This document shows, in pieces, positions 51,340 through 64,000 of a DNA stretch of 64,000 nt. The stretch is from Eledone cirrhosa (lineage: Eukaryota). Each line of letters starts with the position of its first letter. Positions within the stretch are counted from its first letter, which is position 1. Below the pieces are notes generated by a model that had not been told where the DNA came from, ran no database searches, and worked only from the letters and a program-made list of their open reading frames with translations. The stretch spans positions 381,796,001 through 381,860,000 of the forward strand of contig OZ024741.1 in NCBI GenBank assembly GCA_964016885.1, in the 5' to 3' direction. A program made the position numbers and the translations under genes.

Positions 51340-54300
51340 GTCCCGCTCTCTAGTGTTAGTGGGCGTCTGGAAAGGGATTCTTAGATGCACGCTGGGATTT
51401 GTGTGAGGCTAGCGGATAGGGGAGGAGGGTGCAAGAGCCTCACCAACATGCTCAGGCGTTTTGAACTGTCTGAAAGGTACCGATTGGAATTCCCGAATGT
51501 GCCAATGTGGACTTGGACAAACCGCATAGGGTCATCCAGATCATCTCTAGATAGAGTATTTTGAAAGGGAAATAGATAGGTCTAGCATAGGCTGTCCACA
51601 ATTCAAGATAGTCAGCTACACGGACCACAAAATCGTGATCTGAGTGCTTGACTTAGATAGGCTTCATAGACGAGGACACGGCTACTGGAAGCTAAACGCG
51701 TCCTTACCAGCGCCCATCACCTACAGAGACCGGATTACCGAACAAGTTAAGCGGGCTTGACGGGGGCCATCGTCAACAAGTGGTGGTTTGCTCTGAAAAG
51801 AGCGATTAGAATAGAGTCCATTAGGTTTAGTAAGGCTTTAGCAATGGAGAAAAATAGAGCAGAGGGAGAACTAGTTAGAAAATTAAACGAGGCGCTTAGC
51901 AAAGGCATCGCGACCGGCGTACTTGCGGCGAAATTGGCCCTTGACCATTTCTTCAATGCAAAGCACGAAGGCTGCGTGGTCAGAGCTAGGATGCGTGCTC
52001 TCAGATACGAGGGGACGAAAGCTGTTCAATGGGCCCGAGTGGCGGAGGCGCGTCGTGGCAACAAAGCCACGATCAGGTCTTTGGTGGATCACGACTGGCG
52101 CATGCTACTCGATCACGGGCAAATGTGTGAAGATTTTCAGCGACACTTAGCTTAGCTGTTCGGGGGCAGCGGCGGGCCGGATCGAGGGATAGACTTTAGT
52201 GTCTACCTCGACGGACTGCCGTGGTTCTCGGCCACTGAGACGGAGTGTTGCGAAAAGCTGATAACAGCCGCAGAAGTACGGGAGCAATGACTGGCTGCAC
52301 AAGAGTTAAATCGCCTGGTTTGGATGGTCTGCCCTATGAACTTTACGTACAGATGTTAGACATGTTCGGAGGCCTCTTGGCGGACGTCTACTGCAACTGG
52401 CAACAGAACGAGAGAATCCCCAGATCTGTGAGCCGAGGAGCGGTGGCGCTGCTGAGAAAGGATCCGAACAAGGAGGATAACATAGATAATTTCAGGCCCA
52501 TAACTCTGCTAAACACAGAGTTCAAGATTTTAGCCAATGTGCTACCAAGCAGGTTGGCGCTTGTCGAAGGTGGTCTGGTGGGAGAGGCGCAAACATGTGC
52601 CATTCCCGAGAGATCCATACAAGAGAACCTCCACTTCATGCGATACATCGTGGAGAGGGTAGCTAGTGAACCTGGCACGGGTGTGTCCTTGATCAATTTA
52701 GATCATTCGAAAGCTTTCGATAGGGTTGACCATCGTTACCTAGCGGTAGTCCTGAGGGCGGCTGGATTTGAGCCAGTCCAGAGGCTGGATCGCTGCCATG
52801 CACAGCGACATCTGCTCTGTGGTGAGAGTGAACGGTCACCTTTCGGAACCGTTCAACATCATGCGCTTGGTCCTCCAAGGATGTCCCATCTCGTATTGAC
52901 ATCTACGTATTGACTCTCGAGCCATTGCTGCACAAACTGGAGACGTTGAGGTGAACCCCGCGCGAACTAGGATGCGGAAGATCCGTGTCATCATATGCGG
53001 ACGCTGTCACCTAGTGGTGTCGAACGCCAAACACGTCATTTGGCGATTTGCGATTGACACGTCGATTGGCGATTGGCACTACACTAAGAGAATATGAAGC
53101 GGTGACAGGGGCAATGATCAACCAGGAAAAGTCAGTGGGCCTGCAGCTCGGCACCTGGAGAGGAAGATCCATGCCGTCCAACAGCGTCGTCAGGTGCTGG
53201 ACGGACAGACCGGTTAAATTGCTAGGGGTCTGGTTCGGTCCGGACTTGCAGACGGACAAAAACTGGTACGAGGTGACGAGTAGGTGACTTCTCTCACCCA
53301 GAAATGGGCGGAGAGGAAGCTATCCCTGAAAGGTCGAGTGGAGGTGGCTAACGCGTTCATCGCGTCCGTCATCTAATACCGCCTTACCATCGTAACTTCT
53401 CATAAGCCGCGCCTGATTGTGCTGGAGCGTTTGCTCTTTCGCTTTTTGTGGAAGGTATGATCTCCGATGGTCAGGCGGTCCATCTGCTGTCAACACTCGC
53501 TACGTGGAGGGCTGGGCATGCCGTGGCTGATGATGCGCAGACACGCGCTCAGGCTATGACTTTTCCACCTCTTCCTCGACGGTGATCAAGTGTGGTCGCC
53601 GTTTACTAAACGCGGCTTTCCCCAACTGTTCTCCTTGGCGGAGCTGCAGTCCTGGGTCAAGCGAAGATCCCAGGGGAGCGCTTGGAGACTGGAATGTCTT
53701 CAGGCGCTCACAGCCCTCGACCAATCGGGCAATGTGATCGGTGTAAACTCCAACTTGGCGTTCTATAGATGATTAGTGGAGGGGAAGAGCGACGACGTAC
53801 TTGGGGAAAATCTAGGCGTCGACGAAAATCAACTAGCCAATCTCTCCGGAAGAACTTTTGGGCCGGGGCCTATGGACAACTTCTAGAAATAACTGGCCTG
53901 GCAGTGCTACCGAGGAGCTTTGCCAGTTCGGGATAAACTCTACAGGCATCGAGGTGCCGTCAGCCGAGCATGTCCGAGATGCGCGCAGGGCGACGAAACC
54001 GTCCTGCATGAACTCGTCCAGTATCCGAACATTGCTGACTTGTGTGTTTATGTCGAACACTTGCTGTCACGTGTAGGACGGATCCAGCTATCAGCTGAGT
54101 CCATCGTGAGGATTGCCCCGCCCTCTTCCTTTAGCCGCGAAGGGCAGGGCATTTTTATCTGTCTGGTGGCCATGGCGAAAGAGATAGTATGGTGGACACG
54201 TTTGAAAGGGCTGACGACGAGCACTTACCTCTTCGGTGATGCCCTGATTAACTTTTTCAAATATCATTTGAAAAGGAAAATCAGGGTAGAGGGGGAAGTG

Positions 54301-54636
54301 CTCTCTTCCCAGCATTTTGTTGAAAGATGGGTGAGAGAGGCAAGTATGGCTCGAGTGAATGGGCCTACTCTGAGTATGTGTCTGTAAATTAAAGGTGGAA
54401 AACTGGGAGAGGGCACTTGCCCTGGTGGTCAGGGTCACTGTGCATTTTTAATGGGCTTTCTCCACAAATGTCCCTCGCAATTCTCCCTCGTATTGGGGAA
54501 TGTTTCATTGTTATTTTTTTGTTACATACTCTGTTTTAGTTTTTTACACGCAGAAATGCCCAATTGTACCGTCCTATATTGTCCTGTACTGTCCTTAATG
54601 TATACTTTATGTAAACCCTTGTGGTTAATAAAAAAG
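51340..54636 (+). mobile_element. 5'-truncated decayed L1/Tx1-clade LINE (APE end, RT, zinc knuckle)
   Basis: WTWTN..SSLDRV, TDHK, GYWKLNASL, KSPGLDGLPYELY, NFRPITLLNTEFKILA, DHSKAFDRVDH, QGCP, CPRC..ETVLH; many stops and frameshifts; AATAAAAAA end. Confidence 0.9.

Positions 54637-54638
<2 letters not shown>

Positions 54639-54693
<55 letters not shown>
54639..54693. repeat. (ATT)n microsatellite between two LINE 3' ends
   Basis: Directly visible. Confidence 0.95.
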
Positions 54694-54694
<1 letters not shown>

Positions 54695-57600
54695 GTTCTT
54701 TGAGTCTCAGTCATTGATGTTGGTTAACTGGAAAGTTTGTTGAAATGAATATCAAGCCACTACCTGCAGCCTCAGATATTCAGGACTTATTGGAGGGTTC
54801 TTGCTGTTTCCAGCAAGCATGCCTTTTGAAGTGTTCCAAAAAGCGGGGCGGGGCCAATTTTCTTTAACCATCTCTGGAAACTCTTTGAGATAGTACCTAG
54901 TGCGCCTATGACAATCGGGACCACTTTGACTTCATGGCAGTTCCAAATCCTTTTTACCTCCCACTTTAGGTCCTGGTATCGGTTAATTTTCTCCCTCTCC
55001 TTCTCTTGCACTCTCTTGTCGAATGGGCAGGCCACATCCACAAACAGACACGATCTTTTTTCTTTGTCCACAACCACCAGGTCAGGTCTATTGTGTTCCA
55101 GTTTCTTGTCCGTCTGTATCCTAAAATCCCACAGCACCTTCACCTGATCGTTTTCTCTCACCGACTCTGGCCTATCCTCATACCACTTCCCAGAATGTGG
55201 TAAATTGTTTACTTTGCATAGGTGCCTGTGGATCACCCTGTCCATCACATCATGTCTCCAGCCTTTATAGTGAGTCTGGGTTAGGTGTTTACACTCAGAT
55301 ACAATGTGAGCCACAGTCTCCTCTCTCTCTCTCTCTCTCCACAGATCCTGAACATTGGGCTAGCCTCCTCCTTGTAAATATGGTGTTTCAGCTACTACGT
55401 TTTGAGGGCCTCCTCTTGCGCAGCCATTAGAATTCCTTCTGTAGCCTTTTTAAGGTCTCCTCTTTTCAACTAGTTCCATGTCTGTGGATCTCTGAAATCA
55501 GTTTTTTAAAAGAAGGTACTATGAAGGGATTTTTAATGAAGGTTGCTCTTTCTACTTGTTATTTCCTCCTTGGATATCCCCTGGTCTATTGTCCCCTCTC
55601 CTCAGTACAATTCTGAGCATTGGCTCCCTACTATCAATCACGTACTTGTGTAGATTGTTTTTCTCCATCTGAACACAGTCCTCTATGCTGATAAGACCTC
55701 TTCCACCTTCAGATCTCCTTAAGTAGAGTCTATCGACATAGCTCCTCTTGCGGAACATGTTGTAGATAGTCAATAGCTTCCTAGTATTCCTATCCATTTC
55801 TTTTTGTCCAGCAACATTCCATCTCAGAATTCTCGCACTGTACCTAATAATAGACACAACTAGGGAATTTACAGCACTTATGGCATTCCTACTCTTCAGA
55901 TGTGACTTTAATACGCTCCTTACTCTTCGAATGTATTCAGATCTTATCAATTCCTTCATTTTTTTGTGTTGATATCATCTGCCTCCGGAACACCCAAATA
56001 CTTGTATCCTTCTTCAGTGTCAATTTCCTTTATCATCTCACCTGTTGGTACCTGGATTCTGTTGCTTCTGCTCAATTTACCCCTCTTCATCACAAGGACT
56101 CCTCACTTACTAATACCAAATTGCATACATATATCATTGCTGAAAATACGGACAGTGTGAACGAGCACATCCAACTCATTCTCAGTCTTCCCGAATAGCT
56201 TAAGATCGTCCATGAATAGGAAGTGATTGATGGTAAGCTCTCCCTTTCCAAACTTGTATCCTGCTCTCACTTTTCGCAGTATAATGGTCAGGGGCATCGA
56301 GGCAAGGACCAAACAACAGAGAGGACAAACTATCTCCCTGTAAGATACCTCTCTTGATCTTTACGCCTCCCAAGGATTCTCCAGCTGATGTTAATTCTGT
56401 TTTCCAGGACTTCATACTTTTGCTCAACAACTGTCTGATGTTATCTGCCACCTTGAAGATCTCTAGGCTTTTGGTGATCCAATAATGAAGCACCAAGTCA
56501 AAGGCCTTTTTGTAGTCTATCCATCCCATGGCAAGACCAGTGTGTCTCCTCTTCCAATTCCTCATTACCATATTATCAATAAGTAACTGGTCCTTTGTAC
56601 CACGTGACTTCTTTCGGCATCCTTTCTGTTCGTCCAGTAACAAGTTGTTTGTGTGGAGGTGATGGTAGATTTCCTCAGACACAATGCTTGTTAACAGTTT
56701 CCACATTACGGACAGACATGTGATAGGTCTATAGTTGGTGACATCATTACCCTTGATTCGGTCTTTCATTACAAGAACTGTGGTACCTTTTGTCAACCAC
56801 TCTGGTACCTCACCTGACATCAAGTAGTCATTGAACATGGTTGTCAGTTTCGGGTGGAGGGATGTTATATTTTTAATCCAATACCCCTGCACACCATCCG
56901 GGCCTGGTGATTTCCAGTTGGTTAGTTTTTTGCCCTGCCCCTTAAGAGTTTCAACTGTGATACTCAAATCAGTTTGTTGGTGTACCTGTTCACTAATATC
57001 CTTTTGTACAGTCTCAATCCACACTGCCTGGTCATTATGTTTAACATCCTGCTCCCATATTCCTCTCCAGAATGTCTTAGTTTGTTCCGCCTCAGGGATC
57101 AAGCCGTTGCCTCTTTCTTTCCCTTCAAGCTGTCTTCTGGTTGTTGTCAAACATGCGGTTCTGTCTATACTGACTGACCCTGCTCTTGTATCGCCTAATT
57201 TATGCACTCTTTGCTACAATGCGTTGCTTCAGTTCCTCTATGATAATATTTAGCTTTTTCCTCCTAGTTTTGTACTTTATTTCCAGTCTATTTTTAGTGT
57301 CTATGTTTTTTAGTGTCCCATTCAGTAGGGACTCAAGCTTTCCAATGTCATTTCTCATTGCCCTGATTTGACCATTCAGTCGTTTCTTCCACCAAGGTTC
57401 TGATCTTTCTTGTTCGTTGTTTCCTCTCGCTTTTATGCCAAGTAATTTCCTCACCGCATTTGCTGTTGCTTTTAGGATATTGTTGCACTGGTGAAGGCTC
57501 ATCGCCTCAAGGTATGGGATGACCTTGTTTACCTTAGCTGTTGTTTCTTTTAACCTTTTCCTGTCTACAAATCATAGGTTTCCTACTATCATTGTTCATT

Positions 57601-58740
57601 TCATCTACCACTAAGTTTATGATATCAACCAAATCTTGTCCTAGCCCGTCAGCATTCATCTCCTCAATGGCCGTATCTTTGCTCCAGGTATTATTTATTT
57701 GGGCGGTGGATTGGCAGTATCGGTAGAGGGTCGGACGCCATGCTTTCCAGCATAGTTACGTCCCTTTACGATCTGAGTTCAAATCCCGCCGAGGTTGACT
57801 TTGCCTTTCATCCTTACGGGGTCGATAAAATAAAGTACCAGTAATGCACTGGGTAATTGCTGGCCTTGTGCCAAAAGTAGAAACAATTATTTATTTCAGC
57901 ATTCAGATCATTGTCACCTTCATTTTCCACTGGCTGGTTTGCCTGGCATACTCCACTCTCCATTTCCAACCTAATCTCTCTGCTCAGTTCCTCCAGTTCC
58001 AGCTCGCTTATCCACCCATTAGTTCTTAATACCCGAGCATGCCCGGCCAATTTTTGTTCATCTAATTTAAATAGACCAATCTCGTTCCATATGTTATGCA
58101 TCCGTTTTCTATAGACTTTCTCCTTGGGGTTACTCTTCAGGTAAAATTGCATAACAGCTCTATTCAATTCTTTCGTCCAGTTGGTTCTGGTCACTTTCCT
58201 TCTTCCTCTTCCTCCAACACCAGCAGTATTTCGATGACAGCCAGGTCCCTGCTGCTGGGCCAGCGAGCACGTGCTGGGTGAGAGTCTGTCACATGACATT
58301 CCAGTCTCCACTTCACCGTTATTCGAACTGTTTAGGTTCGACATTTAAACACTAATATCGAGGATTGGTGAATGTATGTTTACATAACTACCGGTGATTT
58401 CATCAACCCCGGTGATTTTAGCGTGGCACCGTCACGCTGTAGACGAACATAAATAAACAAACAAACAAATAGATAAAAACGTAAACAAAAAAAACAACAA
58501 CAAAAACAAACACAAGTTTCATTGTAATGTTTGAATGTCTAACTTAACGTTTCTTTCTTTTTCTCTCTCCCTTTTTTGTTTGTTTTTCTCCTTTGCGTTT
58601 TTCGTTTTACAAGGCCAGTAACATCGGTTACTAGTGTTGCTGTTGCCGCTGCTGCTAAGGGAAGTAGGGGTTGTTGTATTTAAAACTTTTGAAACCCGTG
58701 TCCGTTGTTGCGTTTGCCTCTGTCTGTGTTCTGTTCTATA
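54694..58740 (-). mobile_element. Near full-length decayed R4/Dong-type LINE (RT + restriction-like endonuclease)
   Basis: NWTKELN..YRKRMHNIW, NWKSPGPDG, NYRPITCL, WIDYKKAFD, GILQGDSLS, HFLFMDDLKLF, HIVSEC..RHD..WDF..RPDLVV..DVACP..EKINRY; ends on (TAA)n. Confidence 0.9.
57701..57890 (+). mobile_element. SINE inserted into the LINE ORF, 11-bp TSD
   Basis: Full consensus; ATTATTTATTT at 57690-57700 and 57886-57896. Confidence 0.92.
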
Positions 58741-58743
58741 ATT

Positions 58744-58843
58744 TTTTCCCTTTCATCCCTACGTGGCCGACACCACAAAGCACCTGCAACACACCGGGAC
58801 GATTGCTGGTCCGTGCCAAAAGCAGAAGCACTTATTATTATTA
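58744..58843 (+). mobile_element. Diverged truncated SINE
   Basis: TTTCCCTTTCATCCCTACGTGGCCGA..TTGCTGGTCCGTGCCAAAAGCAGAAGCACTTATTATT. Confidence 0.65.
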
Positions 58844-59327
58844 TATTATAGTTTAGATTTGACATTGTTTAAACTAAACATTTTGAGAGAGATTAGAGAT
58901 ATAACGGTGTTGTGTTGTTGTTGTTGTTAGCTGAGCTGTTTGACCGAGTCACTAACCCAGTCTATTTATATCTTTTGATACCTTGCTCGCTTCCCTTCAT
59001 ACATAGCGGCATCACCACCCCTCTCTTAAGCAGTGAGGGAACAGTGGCGGCAGCGACGATGCAGCGGCGGTGGTAGTAATAGGACAGCAGCGCCATAGGG
59101 ATGGTGCTGGTCTGTATTTGGCTAGATTTTGTGTGGTAGTGGTGATGGTAATGGTGGCGGCGGCGGTGGTGGTGGGGCTCGTGGTGAAGTTATTTGGCTG
59201 TTATTTTCTAGTCATTTTCTTTTCTGACTATTAGATATCTGGTACAAAATTAAATATTAAATAAAATATTACATATTAGAGCCCTATGCCGCAATGTGAT
59301 GCGTTGCCACTTCTTGAGAGCTAAGAC

Positions 59328-59450
59328 TTACGTTTCAAATCCCGCCAAGGTTAACTTTGCCTTTCATCTTTACGGGGTCGATAAAATAAAGTACCAGTAA
59401 TGCTCTTGGTAATTGCTGGCCTTGTGCCAAAAGTAGAAACAATTATTATT
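59328..59450 (+). mobile_element. 5'-truncated SINE
   Basis: TTCAAATCCCGCCAAGGTTAACTTTGCCTTTCATC..GTAGAAACAATTATT. Confidence 0.85.
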
Positions 59451-59464
59451 ATATATATATATAT

Positions 59465-59698
59465 CCAGGGAGTGGATATAACTTGGAGTTGGTGTAGGTT
59501 CACCCGGGTGAGCACTCGATGTTTAGGTTCAGTGTCGAGGTATACAGGTAGACAGCGTGTATTACCATTATAAGGGGTCTGATGAGCCGCGGATTATAGA
59601 TCCTGGATAGATCGATACAGATCGAAACTTGAGCTGATCAGTGGCGTGACGCGCGTCACCATGGAGTAACCAATCGTCCTTGTTATTTAATGTCACTA
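59465..59698. mobile_element. ~235-bp PLE remnant: reversed 3' tail joined to a hammerhead
   Basis: 59465-59531 resembles 20303-20366 (AGGTTCACCCGGGTGAGCACTCGATGTTTAGGTTCA identical); GGT-CTGATGA-GCCGC..GTGGC-GTGA-CGCGC-GTC-ACC at 59576-59660. Confidence 0.75.
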
Positions 59699-59980
59699 TA
59701 TATATATATATATAGTCCCTCCTTTGGTTACGAATGACCATGTTTTTGCACCTAGTAAATGCCTCATGAGACACAGCCCTGAGAAAGTTGATTTTGTGGA
59801 AGGCCAGCAATCATCCTTCTCCACGTCCAACGAAACAGCTGAAACAGCTTCGTACCTGCGACGTGAAATAAAGTGTTTTACTGAACAACACAACGCACCA
59901 ACCGGTGCAAGATACGAACTCATAAATTTAGGATTGTGCGCTCAACTCTCCAGTGTCTAGGCCACGTTTCTTCTCTCTCA

Positions 59981-60018
<38 letters not shown>

Positions 60019-60030
60019 TTGTGTGTGTGT

Positions 60031-60061
<31 letters not shown>

Positions 60062-61775
60062 CATGTGTGTGTGTGTGTGTTTATGTGTGCGTGTGCGTGT
60101 GCGTGTGTGTCTGTGCGAGTGTGTGCGAGTGTGTGAGATATAACGTCTTGTTGGAGCGTACAGAGGTGCGCGAATAAGAATCACACTCCTCTTCTTGCAA
60201 TATTGTTATTTGCAGGTTATTTACGATATACCATACCTGAGATGGTGTAATAAATCTTCCTAATCTTAAATAGAATGTAGATGTGTGGGGAGAAAGTGTG
60301 ATTAAGTAAAGTGTGCTTTTCCATGAATGTACGTCCGTGATTTCATGTATTTGACTATCTCTAGTAAGAAACAAAAATACAACTCACATTAAAGTTATTT
60401 CAAATATAGCCCACATGTAATTTTTTCCGTCTGATATCCGAGTCATTTACGTGCACAGCTGTAATACAGTGTGTTTTCATGACACCATACGTTTAACTCC
60501 CTTTAATCACACCAAAGGTTTCTGATGGAAATATTCAAGCTGGATATCAATTCTAAATACCATTGAAAATAAACATGCTGCACTACAATTCTGTTATCTT
60601 GCGAAATATATGGTAGATGCCACATACTACATGTAATAATTTCTCTTTATATTGTGTGTGCAAAACCATTTTCACACGTAATACATTTCTCTTTCACAAC
60701 CCTATATCTCACTAATATATTTGGAAATTGAACGGCAATATATTATTTATTATGTTCCCCAATGTCATTAGAGTTTATGGCCCTGACATATATGCACTTT
60801 ATTAGGTAAATTGATTAAATATTTCACGCCTAGATGAGATAAACTAACTATTGATGTACTAATTGATGCAACCTTAATCAACATTAGAATAAATGCATGA
60901 AACTTTCTTGTAAATAATGTTCGAGATAATTCAGAATATCCGCGTGAAATAACATCGTATCAATGTAAGTTTTATTCAGTTGATAAGGCTCAACTATTCA
61001 ACACGTCTAATATCTTCCGTTTCAGCAAATTCATATACATTTTGAACGACTATCTATTTAACTTTTATTCATACTGACACACCCGATAATAATTACAAGA
61101 ACAGCTAAAACAATATACACGTTCACATTATGTGTTCATATAGCGTGTCAACACAGAAACTAAGGTATGATATACAGAAGTAATGGTGGATTTAAACTGA
61201 ATATTACCACCTGCATTATCGGAATTATCATTTTAATCATCAGCACCCTTACAGTTGAAGTTGTCATTGTTATTGTCATTGTCGCCATCAACTTGGCTAT
61301 CCTTATCCTCACGGTCAACCTAACCATTGCTTATTACAATATAGTACATCACAATATATATAACACAATATATTGCTATATGTTAGGCATGTTGTTTGAA
61401 TCTGGTACAGAGAAGAATTATGTAAGATCTCAATCTCATAGAAACTGCTACACATATAACAGTTCCATAAAACTACTATTCTGATTTGATGTTTGATTAA
61501 AAATTCAATGTCATATAAAATCAATATTATATAGCTAACAGCCAGCAAATTAAACTGTGGTTGATTTCTGTTCATTAAATAAACTAGCTTAAGATTAATA
61601 TAATTACGGAATACTTGAATATATAAAGTAAACAAAGCAGCATTTGGAAATGTACAGCTAAATAGTTATTTGCTCCGCCTCTGTATACTTCATTGTTACT
61701 CACTGAATTGTTGCAAGTTGGGAGTTCACAATTAGAAATCAGTCGAATAGGTTGCTCTTTGGATGCCACTGTGGC

Positions 61776-61935
61776 TTTTATCGAACGACTTTCATCGAAC
61801 GAATTTTTATAGTAAGGAATGTTCATCCTAACGAATTGTTTTTATCAAAACGAATTTTTATCGAACGACTCCTCATCAAACGAATTTTATCGAACCGAGT
61901 TCTTATCGAAGCGACTTTTGATAAAACAATTTTCT
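61776..61935. repeat. Degenerate ~15-bp minisatellite (TTTATCGAACGA core)
   Basis: About ten recognisable units. Confidence 0.7.
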
Positions 61936-62200
61936 AAAAATATTATTTTGCAAAATAATTTCATGTATAGAACAATTTTAAATATAGAATAATGTTTAAT
62001 CTATATTATAATCAGAACCACCTTTGTACAACTCTCACACAAACATTGACAATGTAAATAAATCCTATTTTTTCTTGCTTTCATTGACGCCAGAAATGGT
62101 TAATGTATCTCCTAACACTACTATCTATAAATCTCTCTTCCTATATCTCACACACTATCTCATCTCCCCTTCTCCCCCCTCTCTCTCTCTATATATATAC

Positions 62201-62246
<46 letters not shown>

Positions 62247-62310
62247 AATTCATTGGCACGCCAAAGGGAAATCTATACAGATAGCCACATTCACTCACGC
62301 ACACACACAC

Positions 62311-62356
<46 letters not shown>

Positions 62357-62929
62357 CATATCGATGCATATTGTACCAACATCGCTTTTGTATACCTAGG
62401 GGAAAACAGACTGGGAACCGTATGTTACATATTCTGTTCAAGGAACGACGGTTAGCTATTAATATACTATAAAAATAGATATTTCCTTCTGAAAGGTTTC
62501 TAAAAAAAGGTAATACTGTGTGTAAGCTAGTTACATGGTTAGATGGGTGATGTATAGTCAGTTTTATCACATGCTATAGTCTTTACTTTATTTTATCGAC
62601 CCGGCAGTGATGAAAGGAAAGCCATGAAAGGAACACAGATCGTAAAACGCTGGAAGAAATGCCCCAAGGGAATATTTCCGACATAACTCAATCCTGAAAC
62701 CTTGTTAGTTTGCCTTATATACTTAATGATATTTAGTGTATCAGATATACTGTTATTAATGTTATTGACCCTGGAATGGGGAAAGACAAAGTTGATTCAA
62801 GACTTAATGGGAAAAATAACTAAAAGATAATTTTGGAAGAAAAATGGGGAAGTGAATAAGACGAAAAGTTTTTAAAAAAATATAGTTAATAATGTCCTTT
62901 CCTGATAGCTATGCACATGAATTATATAA

Positions 62930-63500
62930 AACAATTCCAGTTTACCGAATAGAGCATGGATCGATACTCGGTCCCTCACATTTTATCTTATAACTAAAAT
63001 GTATACTGAAGTTGCAGAAACAAACAAAACTACGCACATTCATAGAATACTGATAACTATCATTTTACAGCAAGTTATAGAGACGACTGCAGGATAGCTT
63101 GGATCTATTACGGATTATGTCAGACCTATCTGCGACATAAAACACTTCTAAAGTAAAAAAAATAACAAAAATAGAGTACTTCACTTTGTCATACATTGGA
63201 TATAGCTACATAGATAAACGAACTAGTCAAAATAACAAACATAAAATAGTACTTGTGCATATAAAGGGAACAATTCCTTTTTATCGCAAACGTAAATCTC
63301 ACAATCTTTGCTGCTTTCTAAAAAATAGTAATCAAATATCAAACGGGATAAAGCACCCCAAGGATCCTACAAACACTATCCCTTGGTCTTCGTCAGAGAA
63401 ACATAAACAGACGCACATGGATGTAGTATGTTGGCATAACGTCAATAATCCATGCTAATAAGAAAACCGGTAGGCACAGATGTTTGACATGCAAGAGTTA
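62930..63500 (+). mobile_element. Possible very old CR1/Jockey-type RT fragment
   Basis: EHGSILGPSHFIL resembles PQGSILGPLLFL; remainder barely recognisable. Confidence 0.3.
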
Positions 63501-64000
63501 GCAGCCAAAGCCCAATTAAATCTTTACATTGGGTCAGTTTTAAAACCTATACATGTAGGCGGTGGCATTATATATTTATACCATCGATTTGATGGTTTAT
63601 CAACTTACCTACACATAATACTCCTGGTTGATTAAAGCAAGTCTAGTGCTAAAAAAAAAACCCAGAGTAACAATAATAACATTAATGGCAATATTGTGTT
63701 CAAAAGTGTATGACAATGCTAGGATGTGAAATCATCGAAAGTATTGAGGGACGATACCTTTTTTCTTTTTTTTTTTTTGGTAATCGTATCTAAAAACGAA
63801 CGTTCGTATAACTTGCTGAAATCTAACAATAAATTGTGTAAAGTGTATAGCATGTAGAAAAGGAACATGAATATATATACAATCGGAGAACAATATTTCT
63901 TTATCAGGTTTTCATTCAATACTTACTGTGTTTATTGAATTATTGAAAATTTAATGCTTTATGAATTGGCACAAAATCGAAATATTACTAATATTTTATC

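Noticed and set aside
61776-61935. CRISPR-like appearance of short repeats
   Set aside because: No unique spacers, degenerate units, eukaryotic context, no cas genes

Overview
AT-rich eukaryotic non-genic DNA with dense (AT)n/(AC)n/(AG)n microsatellites. The SINE family and microsatellite load suggest an octopus-like cephalopod (inference). I found no supportable host gene; the window is almost entirely retroelements. The main feature is an intact, apparently young Penelope-like element (PLE): an 819-aa RT + C-terminal GIY-YIG ORF at 27115-29574, between two near-identical 1.69-kb pseudo-LTRs, with a third inverted 1.4-kb copy upstream. Each copy has a minimal hammerhead ribozyme (HHR) with a non-canonical CCGAAGA core. 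About ten insertions of 0.2-7 kb share one fold-back architecture, mostly inside (AT)n: the inverted arm stops about 40-65 nt after the HHR while the direct arm carries a further tail. Several HHRs have a long (60-100 nt) stem II, some with a conserved palindromic ATCGAT. Also present are decayed L1/Tx1-type, R4/Dong-type and RTE LINEs and many copies of a tRNA-type SINE. All RNA structures were folded by eye and clade names are from recalled motifs, not searches.
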